Assembly (NCBI GenBank): GCA_011087645.1
Contig: JAALLF010000001.1
Location: 143,687 to 207,686, forward strand
DNA: 64,000 nucleotides
From: Alphaproteobacteria bacterium
GTDB lineage: Bacteria > Pseudomonadota > Alphaproteobacteria > UBA6615
Direction: 5' to 3'
Shown here: one piece after another, positions 24,180 to 34,193 of the stretch
How the letters are laid out: every line of letters starts with the position of its first letter
How positions within the stretch are numbered: position 1 is the stretch's first letter
Translations under genes and position numbers: made by a program
The notes under the pieces: model-generated
The model's database searches: none
What the model was told of the DNA's origin: nothing
The model's input: only the letters and a program-made list of their open reading frames with translations

Positions 24180-25340
24180 TTATTCTTGTGGGTCGAGCAT
24201 AGCGCTCCGCCACTCATTTTGCACATCAACATCGTTTTCGTGCGGCATTTTCTCCGCCTGCCATCGCTTAAATACGTCGTGCGGCGCGAGCTGCGATAGC
24301 GCCCATACCGCAGCGCCCCGCACCACGGGCGCCTGGTCATCGAGCAACGACTCGACCACTGGCACAATCTTCGCGTCGCCGCTATTTCCCAATGCAATTA
24401 ATACGTTGCGAACGAACCGGTCTCGGCCCGAGCGCTTGATCGCGGTCTTCGAGAACAACCGGCGGAATTCCCCATCGTCGAGGCGCGCCAGTTCGGCCAG
24501 GCGCGGTGCGGTGAGCTCGTGGCGCGGTTTCAGCTCCGGGTCGCCGCCGGCTTGGGCAAATTTGTTCCAGGGACAGACCGCCAGGCAATCGTCGCAGCCA
24601 TAGATGCGGTTACCCATCAACGGCCGCAGTTCCCGGTCTATGGGCCCGGCATGTTCGATGGTCAGATAGGAAATGCAGCGCCGCGCATCGAGTTGATAAG
24701 GGGCGGGAAAGGCGTTGGTCGGACACACATCCATGCAACGGTGGCAAGACCCGCAGTGATCCTCCACCGGTGGGTCGGCGGCAAGATCGAGGGTGGTGTA
24801 GACCTCGCCGAGGAACATCCACGAACCGTGCGCGCGCGACACCAGATTGGTGTGCTTGCCCTGCCAGCCCAGCCCGGCCTGCTGGGCCAAAGGCTTTTCC
24901 ATCACCGGGGCGGTATCGACGAAAATCTTGATGCCGCAATCAAATTCCTCGCCGATCCAGCGCCCCAACACCCGCAATCGTTTTTTCAAGACCTCGTGAT
25001 AGTCGCGGCCCCTGGCATAGACCGAAATATTGCCAGTCGCCGCGCGCGACAGGTTGTCCAGAGGATCGTCTTCGGGCGCGTAGGAAATACCCAGTGCAAC
25101 GACGCTGCGCGCCTCGGGCCACAACACCCGCGGATCACCGCGCCGTTCGGCCTTGCCGACCAGCCAGCCCATATCGCCGTGATAGCCGCGGCGCAAATAT
25201 TCAGCCAGATTTTCCCGATTGGCGTCGGAAAGCGCGGCCGGCGCAAACCCGACCGCGCTGAACCCGACCGCTAAGGCGCGTTCGCGTATCTGACCACGAA
25301 TATCATCGCGCGCGATCGGCTCTGGTGCGGCGACGGTCAA
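24180..25340 (-). CDS. queG: Epoxyqueuosine reductase
   Basis: YARGRDYH, VDTAPVMEK, CGSCHRCMDVCP, CISYLTIE, GCDDCLAVCPWN. Confidence 0.96.
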   Translation of the reverse strand: MTVAAPEPIARDDIRGQIRERALAVGFSAVGFAPAALSDANRENLAEYLRRGYHGDMGWLVGKAERRGDPRVLWPEARSVVALGISYAPEDDPLDNLSRAATGNISVYARGRDYHEVLKKRLRVLGRWIGEEFDCGIKIFVDTAPVMEKPLAQQAGLGWQGKHTNLVSRAHGSWMFLGEVYTTLDLAADPPVEDHCGSCHRCMDVCPTNAFPAPYQLDARRCISYLTIEHAGPIDRELRPLMGNRIYGCDDCLAVCPWNKFAQAGGDPELKPRHELTAPRLAELARLDDGEFRRLFSKTAIKRSGRDRFVRNVLIALGNSGDAKIVPVVESLLDDQAPVVRGAAVWALSQLAPHDVFKRWQAEKMPHENDVDVQNEWRSAMLDPQE

Positions 25341-25343
25341 CCG

Positions 25344-25808
25344 TCACCCCCGCCCCCGGTAAGGGGCCACGCCCTGATCGGGTAACCACAGGCCAGCGGG
25401 CGGCTCACCGGTTTGATAGAATACATCGATCGGCATGCCGCCGCGGGGATACCAATAACCGCCGATACGCAGCCATTGCGGGCTCAACGTGTCGACCAGC
25501 CGTTTGGCGATCGCCACGGTACAGCCCTCGTGGAACGCGCCGTGATTGCGAAACGAGCCCAGATAAAGCTTGAGCGATTTGCTCTCGACGATCCACTCAT
25601 CAGGCGCATAGTCGATCACCAAATGGGCAAAATCGGGCTGGCCGGTGATCGGGCAGATCGAGGTGAATTCAGGCGCGGTGAAGCGCACCAGATAGGCCTC
25701 GCCCGGTTGCGGATTGGCGACCCGCTCCAGTACGGCCTCGTCGGGCGATTGCGGCAACGGCGCGTCGCCGCCCAGTTGGGTGAGGCCGGTGTAAGTTTCA
25801 TCGGTCAT
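25344..25808 (-). CDS. queF: PreQ0 reductase (type I)
   Basis: [32 protein letters not shown]; start ATG 25808 overlaps the queA stop. Confidence 0.96.
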   Translation of the reverse strand: MTDETYTGLTQLGGDAPLPQSPDEAVLERVANPQPGEAYLVRFTAPEFTSICPITGQPDFAHLVIDYAPDEWIVESKSLKLYLGSFRNHGAFHEGCTVAIAKRLVDTLSPQWLRIGGYWYPRGGMPIDVFYQTGEPPAGLWLPDQGVAPYRGRG

Positions 25809-26878
25809 AGCGCCCTCCCGTTGGCGCATTTCAAGAGCATGGCGTCCCCATAGGAATAGAAACGATAGCGTTGTGCAATGGCATGGTCGTAGGCGGCGCG
25901 AATGTCATCGGTGCCGGCGAACGCGCTGACCAGCATAAACAGGGTCGAACGCGGCAGGTGAAAGTTGGTGAGCAACAGATCGACCGCGCCGAACCGGTAG
26001 CCCGGGGTGATGAATATACTGGTGTCGCCGGTGAAGGGCTGAACTGTACCGCCTTCATCGATCGCGCTTTCGAGCAAGCGCAGCGAGGTGGTGCCAACCG
26101 CCAGCACGCGCCCGCCCCTGGTATGGGTGGCATTTACCGCATCGGCCGTCGCTGGTGATATTTCGCCTATTTCAGAATGTATCTGATGATCCGCAACGTT
26201 TTCGACCGTCACCAGCAGGAACGTGCCCGCCCCCACATGGAGCGTCAGCGGCGCGGTCGCTATGCCGGCATCGGCCAGGGCGGTCATCAATTCGGGCGTA
26301 AAATGCAGACCCGCGGTGGGCGCGGCCACCGCGCCGTCACGGGCGGCGAACAGGGTCTGATAATCGGCGTGGTCCTGCGCGTCGGGCAATTCTGGGCGCT
26401 TGATATAGGGCGGCAGGGGCGCGCGCCCATGGCGGCGCAGGGCGGCGTGAAAATCGGCCCCCGTCATCGCGAAGCGCAGCAATGTTTCGCCTTTGTCGCG
26501 CTTTTCGACCACATCGGCGCAAAAATCGTCGGCAAAGACAATCTGGTCGCCGGCCGCCAGACGACGCGCCGGTTTGGCGAAGGCCCGCCACAATCCGTCG
26601 CCATCGGACTTATGCAAGGTCACACTCACTTTTCGCTCCGGCGCGGCCTTGCTGCCGGTGACATCGCGCACTCGCACCCCCGACAGCAGGGCGGGAATGA
26701 CCTTTGTATCGTTGAACACCATCAAGTCGCCGGGATGCAGCAACCCGGCCAGATCACGTATCGTGCGGTCGATCAACCCTTCCTGGGCGTCGAGCAAGCG
26801 GGCGCTTTCGCGCGGCACGGCGGGGCGCTGGGCGATTAAGTCGCTGGGCAGTTCGAAATCAAAATCGGCGGTCTTCAT
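25805..26878 (-). CDS. queA: SAM:tRNA ribosyltransferase-isomerase
   Basis: [51 protein letters not shown]; likely start ATG 26878. Confidence 0.96.
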   Translation of the reverse strand: MKTADFDFELPSDLIAQRPAVPRESARLLDAQEGLIDRTIRDLAGLLHPGDLMVFNDTKVIPALLSGVRVRDVTGSKAAPERKVSVTLHKSDGDGLWRAFAKPARRLAAGDQIVFADDFCADVVEKRDKGETLLRFAMTGADFHAALRRHGRAPLPPYIKRPELPDAQDHADYQTLFAARDGAVAAPTAGLHFTPELMTALADAGIATAPLTLHVGAGTFLLVTVENVADHQIHSEIGEISPATADAVNATHTRGGRVLAVGTTSLRLLESAIDEGGTVQPFTGDTSIFITPGYRFGAVDLLLTNFHLPRSTLFMLVSAFAGTDDIRAAYDHAIAQRYRFYSYGDAMLLKCANGRAL

Positions 26879-26965
26879 GGCAAGGCCAGCGGCAATTGGG
26901 TCAATTGACAGGCTCGCCAGCAAACGGCACAACGCACCTTCCACAACCGGAAATAGCCTAAAATA

Positions 26966-27664
26966 ATGTCCGCCACACCGCCGCCCGCGTCGAACCAGGT
27001 CTCCAGCCGCTTCATGCTCATCGCGGTTGCTTTTGTAACTTGTCTCATCGCCTCCAACATTACCGCGGTCAAATTGATCACGGTCGCCGACTTCATACTG
27101 CCCGGCGCCATCGTCATTTTCCCGATCACTTACATCATCGGCGACGTTCTGACCGAAGTGTACGGCTATGCCAAGGCCCGGCGCGTAATCTGGCTGGGAT
27201 TTTTGGCGAACCTGTTCGCGGTGGCCACCTTCGCCCTGGTCGGTGTTCTGCCGGCAGCCGGTTTTTGGGGCGGGCAAGAGGCCTATGACACCATCCTGGG
27301 CGCCACGCCGCGCATCCTGGCGGCGTCGCTGGTGGCCTATCTGTTCGGCGAGTTCGCCAACGCGTACGTTTTGGCGCGCCTCAAAGTGGCCACCGAAGGG
27401 CGGTTTTTGTGGGTGCGCACCATCGGCTCGACCATGGTCGGGCAAAGCCTCGATTCGGCGATCTTCGTCGTCATCGCCTTCAGCGGCATCTTGCCGACCG
27501 AGGGTTTGATCTTGGTGATCGTAACGCAAGCGGTGGCCAAAACCGCCTATGAGGCCCTGGCGACACCGCTCACCTATCTCGTGGTCGACTGGCTCAAACG
27601 CGCCGAGGGTATCGACACTTTCGACCGCGACGTCAGCTTCAACCCGTTCGCCACCACCGGATAA
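26966..27664 (+). CDS. yhhQ: Queuosine precursor transporter (YhhQ/Vut_1 family)
   Basis: SNITAVK, FPITYIIGDVLTEVYGY, PRILAASLVAY, RTIGSTMVGQSLDS; divergent from queA. Confidence 0.9.
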   Translation: MSATPPPASNQVSSRFMLIAVAFVTCLIASNITAVKLITVADFILPGAIVIFPITYIIGDVLTEVYGYAKARRVIWLGFLANLFAVATFALVGVLPAAGFWGGQEAYDTILGATPRILAASLVAYLFGEFANAYVLARLKVATEGRFLWVRTIGSTMVGQSLDSAIFVVIAFSGILPTEGLILVIVTQAVAKTAYEALATPLTYLVVDWLKRAEGIDTFDRDVSFNPFATTG

Positions 27665-27672
27665 CGGCGGCG

Positions 27673-28683
27673 ATGGGGACGCAACGCCGATCCCGCTTGG
27701 CAGCCTCGCTGGCCGCCCTCGCGCTGTGTGCGCTCGCCCCATCGGCACTGGCCGGCAACTACACCGCCCAGTTCGAGAACGACAGGATCGCCGATACCGA
27801 CCGGCACTACACTACGGGCATGCGCGTAAACTGGGTTTCGGATCGCGCCACCGATTCCCCGCTATGGGCGAAAAATCTGCTCGATAAAATCTACCCGCTG
27901 GCCGATCTGCGCGCCGGACGGGTCGGCCTCGCCCTCGGCCATAATATTTTCACCCCCGAGGACACCGCGACATCGTCCTTGTTGGTCGACGACAGGCCCT
28001 ATGCCGGCTGGCTCTATGGCGGTATCTCGGCCCATGCTGAGACCAGCCGCACCATCGCCGGCCGTACCGTCGATACGCTGGATACGGTCGAGCTCGATAT
28101 CGGCGTGGTCGGGCCGTGGGCGCTGGCCGAAGAAGTGCAAAATAATTTCCACGAGCTGATCAATGTCAGCCGGTCCAATGGCTGGCACCACCAACTCGAA
28201 AACGAACCGGCTTTGCTCTTCGTGGCCGAACGCCGCTGGCGGCCAGCGCCGCTTACCCTTGGTGCGACCGAGGCCGACATTATTCCCCATATGGGGCTCA
28301 GCCTGGGCAATGTGATGACCCTGGCCAACGCCGGAGCCACGCTGCGGTTCGGCCAAGATCTCGACGTGGATTTCGGCCCGCCCCATGTGCGGCCTACCCT
28401 GTCGGGGCTGGCCGCGGTCAGCGGCGGCACCGACTTTGCCTGGTACCTGTTCGCCGGCGCGGAAGGCCGCATCGTGGCGCGCAATATATTTCTGGACGGC
28501 AACACCTTCGCCAACAGCCACAGCGTCGACAAAATACCCCTGGTCGCCGACATCCAGACGGGCGCGGCGATTGTCGTCAACGACATAAGGCTAGCCTTCA
28601 CCCACGTGTTCCGCACCCGCGAATTCGAAGGCCAACGCCGCGCCGACCGTTACGGCGCGGTCAGCCTGTCGGCGCGCTTCTGA
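27673..28683 (+). CDS. lpxR: LpxR-family (DUF2219) outer-membrane lipid A deacylase
   Basis: Signal peptide; FENDRI..TDRHYT.G, IFTPED, DRPYAGWLY, GWHHQL, FLDGN; C-terminal Phe. Confidence 0.85.
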   Translation: MGTQRRSRLAASLAALALCALAPSALAGNYTAQFENDRIADTDRHYTTGMRVNWVSDRATDSPLWAKNLLDKIYPLADLRAGRVGLALGHNIFTPEDTATSSLLVDDRPYAGWLYGGISAHAETSRTIAGRTVDTLDTVELDIGVVGPWALAEEVQNNFHELINVSRSNGWHHQLENEPALLFVAERRWRPAPLTLGATEADIIPHMGLSLGNVMTLANAGATLRFGQDLDVDFGPPHVRPTLSGLAAVSGGTDFAWYLFAGAEGRIVARNIFLDGNTFANSHSVDKIPLVADIQTGAAIVVNDIRLAFTHVFRTREFEGQRRADRYGAVSLSARF

Positions 28684-28756
28684 TTGACGCAGCGGATCGG
28701 CGCCGAATCCGCTATAATCACGGCGCAAATCCATCTCACAAATCGACAGGTGACCC

Positions 28757-29233
28757 ATGCGCTTCGGTGACCGTAACCCCATTCCGCTGCCGACGACCCA
28801 GCTTTCGGACCGGGTCGACTGGAGCTTCGCCGACACCCCGGCAGAGATCGCCGCGGTCGCCGCCGCCGAGCCGATGGATCAACTGCGCGCCGCCAACGAT
28901 TACGTCACCGCAACGTGCGCCTATGTGGAAGACGTCATCGACCATTGGAAATCGCCGACCGAGTTTTTCACCGCCAAAGCCGGCGATTGCGAAGACCATT
29001 GCGTGGGAAAATATGCGCTATTACGCAATATCGGCTGGGGGGCGGCCGATCTCGGCGTGTTTGCCGGCCGCGACATCGACGGGGTCGGCCACGCGCTGCT
29101 CGGCGCGCGCATCGGTGACGATATTCAAATTCTCGACAACCGCACGCCGATTATCCGCCCGACAACCGAAGCGTCCTGGTTCACGCCGTTCTTCGGCGTC
29201 AACGAGGATACGTCCTGGTTCTATCTGGGCTGA
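28757..29233 (+). CDS. Transglutaminase-like cysteine peptidase (BTLCP/LapG-like, peptidase C93)
   Basis: DHWKSPTEF, GDCEDH (Cys), GHALL (His), ILDN (Asp). Confidence 0.8.
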   Translation: MRFGDRNPIPLPTTQLSDRVDWSFADTPAEIAAVAAAEPMDQLRAANDYVTATCAYVEDVIDHWKSPTEFFTAKAGDCEDHCVGKYALLRNIGWGAADLGVFAGRDIDGVGHALLGARIGDDIQILDNRTPIIRPTTEASWFTPFFGVNEDTSWFYLG

Positions 29234-29242
29234 TTGAGCGCC

Positions 29243-30001
29243 CTACTCCGCCGCTTCCGCCGACAGCCTGCCCGCCTCGCGCCAGACATCGATGACCTCT
29301 TCGGCCTGCACCACCTGGCCGAACCAGCGGTCGATATTGACCAAGGTGGCGTTATGCATCTCTTCGGTGACGGTGCCGGTGCAGTCGTCGGCGAAGACGA
29401 TGTAATAGTCGTGGAAGAAACCGTCGCGCGCGGTCGATTCGACGCAGCCATTGGTGATCGCGCCGGTCATGATCAGCGAGCGGATGCCGTTCGAGCGTAA
29501 GACCATGTCGAGATTGGTGCCGATGAACCCGCCATAACGGTGTTTATGGATGATCGGCTCGCCCGGCCGCGGTTCGATGCCTTCGTAGAAATCACCACCC
29601 CAGCCATCTTCCATACACACCGGATATTCGATGAACCGTCCCTTCCATTGGCGCAGCGACTGTTCGAGCCAGACATCGGACATCAGGTTCATGTCGGCGT
29701 TGTAGATGGTCTGGATATAGACGATCAGACAACGCGCCTGGCGCGCCTTGTCGATCAGATTGACCAACCGCGGCACCATGGTCTGGATGCGCGTCAGATC
29801 GAAGCCCTCGGTATCGAGCATGCCGCCTTCGGCGCAGAAATCGTTCTGCACATCGACCACGATCACCGCGGTATGGGCCGGATCGGTCTTGGCTTCCAGG
29901 GTGGTCAGCGCGCGCGCCAGGGTCTTGTCGATATTGGCGCGCATGACCGGGGTGATCTTGTCCGGGTTGCGGTTCGATAGGGTGGCGTTGTCGTCGGCCA
30001 T
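29243..30001 (-). CDS. Isochorismatase-family cysteine hydrolase (RutB-like)
   Basis: VVDVQNDF, KHRYGGF, TNGCVESTARD. Confidence 0.88.
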   Translation of the reverse strand: MADDNATLSNRNPDKITPVMRANIDKTLARALTTLEAKTDPAHTAVIVVDVQNDFCAEGGMLDTEGFDLTRIQTMVPRLVNLIDKARQARCLIVYIQTIYNADMNLMSDVWLEQSLRQWKGRFIEYPVCMEDGWGGDFYEGIEPRPGEPIIHKHRYGGFIGTNLDMVLRSNGIRSLIMTGAITNGCVESTARDGFFHDYYIVFADDCTGTVTEEMHNATLVNIDRWFGQVVQAEEVIDVWREAGRLSAEAAE

Positions 30002-30080
30002 AGTGTCCTCCCGTTGGGCCGCATTGGTTCGGACTCACGCTGTTGCGGCCGCGTTGCGGGCCTGAGCATAGAGCAGTTGC

Positions 30081-31214
30081 CTAGAGGACGGGAAGCGCCA
30101 CGTTGAGCGCCCGTTCGAAAAGCCAGACCGACGCCACGACCACCACCAGCGCCGACCCCACCTGGAGGCCGCCTCGTGGATAGAAGCGCCAATCGCGCGC
30201 TAGATAGGCCAGCGGCAGAAAGGCTGCGACGATGGCCAGTTGACCGACTTCGACGCCGACATTGAAGCTCAGAAGCGCTAGCACCAATGCGCCGGGGGGT
30301 AAGCCCAAATCGACCAGCACGCTGGCGAAACCCAGGCCGTGCACCAAGCCGAAGGCGAAGGCAACGAGCCAGAGCCGCCGGGTGACCACTGGATAGATGT
30401 TGTTGAGGGCGGCGATAACCACAGAGGCGGCGATTACCGATTCGACCAGGCGCGTCGGCAGATCGATGGCGCCCAGCGCCGCCAGGGTCAAGGTGATCGA
30501 GTGGGCGAGCGTGAACGCCGTGACGATCTTGAGGACTTGTCCGAAGGCCGCGCGGAAGTCGCCGACCGGCTCCCAGGTCCTGGCGCGGCGCAAGAACACT
30601 GCCGGCAGCAACAGCGTGAGCAGGAACAGCACATGGTCGAAACCGATCCAGATATGCCACACGCCATTGACGGCGAATTCGAGCCCCTGGCGCAATAGAT
30701 CCACCTGACCCAGTTCAAGGGACTGGGTTGCGGCGGCGGGCGCGAAGATAACGGTCTGGGTCTGGCCGCCCGCGGTGAGTTGCAAGAGGCCGCGATGCTG
30801 GGGGTCGAGGTCGAAGAACAGGCTATAGTCGACCTCGATAGATTGCGCCGGCGCCGCACAAGAGGCGGCAAAGCGCAGCACCGCGTAGACGCCGTCACTG
30901 TGGGTGTCGACCAATTGTTCGCCGGGCGTCAGCGCGCAGTCCGCCGCGCCCGCGCTAACTCGCAGACGCGCCAAGGCGTAGGCCGAAATCGCTGTGTGGC
31001 GCGCCTGTAATTCGGTCCACGAGATGGCGCCGTCACCGTTGCCGTCCAACCCGATGGCGAATTCCAGATCGCGTAGCGCGATGTCCCACTGCCCCTCGAT
31101 GCGCTCACCGCTGACCTCCAGGCTGAGATAGGAGTCACTGGGCTTGTGAGCCGACGCCGAGACCGGCATGAGGGCCAGGATCACCAACAGACAAAGGGTT
31201 AGCCACCGAACCAT
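30081..31214 (-). CDS. HupE/UreJ-like membrane protein with periplasmic N-terminal domain
   Basis: Signal ASA|HKPSDSY; GVWHIWIGFDHVLFL, VTAFTLAHSITL, FGLVHGLGFA, FNVGVEVGQ. Confidence 0.88.
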   Translation of the reverse strand: MVRWLTLCLLVILALMPVSASAHKPSDSYLSLEVSGERIEGQWDIALRDLEFAIGLDGNGDGAISWTELQARHTAISAYALARLRVSAGAADCALTPGEQLVDTHSDGVYAVLRFAASCAAPAQSIEVDYSLFFDLDPQHRGLLQLTAGGQTQTVIFAPAAATQSLELGQVDLLRQGLEFAVNGVWHIWIGFDHVLFLLTLLLPAVFLRRARTWEPVGDFRAAFGQVLKIVTAFTLAHSITLTLAALGAIDLPTRLVESVIAASVVIAALNNIYPVVTRRLWLVAFAFGLVHGLGFASVLVDLGLPPGALVLALLSFNVGVEVGQLAIVAAFLPLAYLARDWRFYPRGGLQVGSALVVVVASVWLFERALNVALPVL

Positions 31215-32479
31215 CAGCTTGCCTCCCCTTCAAGGCGCGCGGTCAGCCGGTCGATCTGCCGATCCCGCAGGCCGGTTTTGCGCAACCAATCGAGCGCCGG
31301 CTGGGCCCGGTCCGGCACCCCGGCGGCCAGGGCCGCCGCCAACACGAGGCGCACATCAGCTGGTTCGCGCTGCGCCTGCCAATTGGCCTCCGCCAGCGCG
31401 AGGGCCGCGGCAGGCCGCTCGAGAATCTCCAGGGTAAAGCGCGCCTCTTCGCGACGGTGGATCACGCTACCCCGCGCCCGGCTGGCCGCGAAGCGCGCTT
31501 CCAGCAGCGCTCGATGATCCTGCGCGGCGGGATCTCCAAGGCGCGCCTCGGCCAGCGTCAAACGCAACAACAGCCCGTCGATCCGCGTGTCGTCGGCAAG
31601 AAAGTCACGGGCCTCCTGGGCGCGGCCGCTATCGAGCAGCAAATCGGCATAGGCGCCGCGCAAATAGGCGTCGCGCCGGCCGAGATCCAGCCCGTCGCGG
31701 AAATGGCGTTCCGCAGCGATGACATCGCCGCGGCGCTGGGCAATCTCGCCCAAATTAGTGAAGGCCCAGAGGCGTAGGCCACGGTCGGCGTCGGTCCAAT
31801 TGGCCAGTCCGCGTTTGAGCAACCCATAACCGGTGTCGGACCGGCCGGTCAGGCTTTCGATGCGGGCCACGCAGGTGACCACAATGAGGGGGTGCACCCC
31901 GCGCGGCAACGCGCGGCAACTGCGGCGCGCGTCGGCGTAGCGCCCCTGCACCTGCAGCACGAACGCCTGGGTCAACAGAGCTTGCGCGTGTTTGGGCTTG
32001 GCGGCGAGAGTTTGAGCAAGGTCGTCCAGCGCGCCGTCGAAATCATGGCGATTTTGCTTCAAGACCGCGCGAAGAACGCGGACCTCGACCGGCGGTGCGG
32101 CCAGGTTGACCCAAGGCTTCAAGGCGGCCTCGGCATAACCGTAATAGCGCGGATCGGCCTCGGCGCGGCCCAAGCCGATATAGCGCTTGGCCAGGGTGCG
32201 GGCTAATTCGAGGTCGTTGGGAGTTTCGTTAAGTTTGGCGCGCAGATGGCGCAACTCGCGCGTCGCCGCGTCGCCGGCTTTTGGCAAACGTTCCAATATC
32301 TGATCGCCCGACGTGGGGCGAAAAGGTTCGGCGGCCGCCGCCGTCGGGTTGAGAACCGCGGCAGCGACAAGGGCGGAGATGAAAATACGGCGCACCGGTT
32401 TGATAATCGGTCGCCGCAGCGTGAAAGCACCGCGCCGAAACGGCGTTGGCGGAAAAGTATCATTTTTACAGTTTGTCAT
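31214..32479 (-). CDS. Exported TPR-like helical repeat protein
   Basis: Signal-like N-terminus; Ala/Leu-rich helical repeats; DPRYYGYA, HDFDGAL, QREPAD; TGATG coupling to the HupE/UreJ gene. Confidence 0.78.
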   Translation of the reverse strand: MTNCKNDTFPPTPFRRGAFTLRRPIIKPVRRIFISALVAAAVLNPTAAAAEPFRPTSGDQILERLPKAGDAATRELRHLRAKLNETPNDLELARTLAKRYIGLGRAEADPRYYGYAEAALKPWVNLAAPPVEVRVLRAVLKQNRHDFDGALDDLAQTLAAKPKHAQALLTQAFVLQVQGRYADARRSCRALPRGVHPLIVVTCVARIESLTGRSDTGYGLLKRGLANWTDADRGLRLWAFTNLGEIAQRRGDVIAAERHFRDGLDLGRRDAYLRGAYADLLLDSGRAQEARDFLADDTRIDGLLLRLTLAEARLGDPAAQDHRALLEARFAASRARGSVIHRREEARFTLEILERPAAALALAEANWQAQREPADVRLVLAAALAAGVPDRAQPALDWLRKTGLRDRQIDRLTARLEGEAS

Positions 32480-32519
32480 CGCGCTTCCCCAAAATTGACA
32501 TCGGCTCGGTGGGCAAAGG

Positions 32520-32545
32520 GGGGCGAGCTCGCTGGAACCCGCCCC
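32520..32545 (-). terminator. Stem-loop after the DUF4331 gene (weak terminator or mRNA stabiliser)
   Basis: Minus strand GGGGCGGGTT-CCAGCG-AGCTCGCCCC followed by CCTTTG. Confidence 0.5.
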
Positions 32546-32569
32546 GCATACTGTGGTTCAAGAACTGGC

Positions 32570-34045
32570 TTACTTTTTCTTGCCGTTGCCGTTGGCGTTC
32601 CCGTTGCCATTGCCCGCATCGGGACCAGTGCCGGCCTCTTCACCGTGATGACCGTGGTTGCGGCCGTTCAGCGGTGTGGCGGCGTAGGGGAAGACATCGT
32701 TGAAGGTGATGTCGTTCTCGGTCACGCCGTCGAGATCCATGGTGGCGAAACCGAGGGCGTTCAGCGCGATATCGTCGACATCGTCACCGAAGCGCCGGCC
32801 ATTTGGCCAACCACCGGGGACCGCGCCGCCGAAATCGAGCGCGCTGCCCAAATTAGTGGTGGGCAACAGGTCGCCACCGAACACGCTCAAGCGGTTAAAG
32901 CCAGCTTCACCGGCAAGCCGGGCCGGGCCGGTCGACAGGTCGACCTTGATCACATCTGGGATGTAGATGTCCCGGACCAACAGAACCGTCGGATCGAGCT
33001 GGCTGGGAAGCGGTGTCAGGCCCAGTAACGCGGCGATTTCCGGGTTCTCGGCATAGGTGGCGAACAACGCGGCATCCTGCGTCGCATCGGTGGCGTTGTA
33101 ATTGTCTTTATCGACAATCGCGACCAATGCCTCGTTGAATAACGGGTTGCCCTGGCGGCCGACTTGAACCCACTCGGAAACACCGTTGACCGTCTGTTGA
33201 CGGCTGGTCGTGGCATGCACACCGGCAAATCCGGCATTGTTGAGTTCGCTCAGCGGAATGTTCAAAACGATAGTGTGAACATTGAAACCGCCTTGGCTAT
33301 CGAACGGTTTGGTTGGGGTACCGGTGTCACCACCGAACGTGAAATCCAGATCGAAGATTGACTGAATATCAGCATAGAACCCGTCATCGCGCTGTCCGGC
33401 AAAGACCCGGTAACCGCTGGCGTTCTCGGCGATCCCAGCACTGGTGTAGATGTCGAGATCGGCTTCGTCATCGACGCCAGGCTTGGCCGTACGGTCGCCA
33501 TCATTGTCCTGGTTGTAGAACGGCGTCACCAGACCCTGGTTGTTCGGCGGCACCATGGTGTCGCCATTGTCGAACAGCACGGTCGATCCGCCGGCATCGA
33601 CGCGGGTGACTTGGTAGGTCTGCTGTAAGTTTTGGTTGGGACCGAAAGTCGCGCCGACTTCGCCGAGATAGGCTTGAAGGATCGTTTGATCGTTCTGGTA
33701 GGTCGTGTCGAACTCGAACTGGTAGCTGATGGTTTTGGTACCCGTGCCGATATCGTTGTCGAGCGAGACGTGGATCTCGTAGAGAACCCGGTCGTCGAAA
33801 CGATAATTGTTCGGCCCGATGCCCGGCTCCTCAAAGGGGGAAACGGCGAGCGCCGTGGTCAGGTACTGGGTGCTGCCGTCTTGGCTCTGACTGCGGAACG
33901 CATAGACATCGGTGGTGTTCGCCGGGTCATCGAAAGTGATGAGCGGCGCATCCATATGGCTCGACGCCAATGACGGCGCGACCGGGAGCATTCCGGCAAG
34001 AACGGCGCCGACCGCGACGGTCGAAACAAGTTTTCGGTAGTTCAT
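32570..34045 (-). CDS. Secreted DUF4331-family protein
   Basis: Signal SLA|SSHMDAP, NTTDVYAF, VFAGQRDDGF, QVGRQGNPLFNE, GWPNGRRFGDDV, FPY; GGAGA RBS before ATG 34045. Confidence 0.88.
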   Translation of the reverse strand: MNYRKLVSTVAVGAVLAGMLPVAPSLASSHMDAPLITFDDPANTTDVYAFRSQSQDGSTQYLTTALAVSPFEEPGIGPNNYRFDDRVLYEIHVSLDNDIGTGTKTISYQFEFDTTYQNDQTILQAYLGEVGATFGPNQNLQQTYQVTRVDAGGSTVLFDNGDTMVPPNNQGLVTPFYNQDNDGDRTAKPGVDDEADLDIYTSAGIAENASGYRVFAGQRDDGFYADIQSIFDLDFTFGGDTGTPTKPFDSQGGFNVHTIVLNIPLSELNNAGFAGVHATTSRQQTVNGVSEWVQVGRQGNPLFNEALVAIVDKDNYNATDATQDAALFATYAENPEIAALLGLTPLPSQLDPTVLLVRDIYIPDVIKVDLSTGPARLAGEAGFNRLSVFGGDLLPTTNLGSALDFGGAVPGGWPNGRRFGDDVDDIALNALGFATMDLDGVTENDITFNDVFPYAATPLNGRNHGHHGEEAGTGPDAGNGNGNANGNGKKK

Positions 34046-34165
34046 AACATGGTCTCCATTCATAGGCTTGAGGGTAGGAAGGTTCGTTTGGCTTGATCGA
34101 ATTGCGGTGATCCAGCTCGCGGCATGGGCCGAAAAATGGATCGTGAAATTCGACTTCCCTGGCAA

Positions 34166-34193
34166 TTACGTTGCCGATGAATGGATGGATGCA
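34166..34193 (-). promoter_or_regulatory. Candidate ECF sigma promoter for the DUF4331 operon
   Basis: Minus strand TGCATCC-N16-CGTAA; same motif and spacing as at 37543-37570. Confidence 0.72.

Noticed and set aside
26879..26965. preQ1 riboswitch between queA and yhhQ
   Set aside because: Only 87 bp must hold two promoters, and no preQ1 aptamer stem with its conserved loop is recognisable
25805..27748. 647-aa ORF suggesting a long N-terminal fusion on QueA
   Set aside because: The extension is the stop-free antisense frame of yhhQ; the canonical QueA N-terminus MKTADFDF starts at 26878
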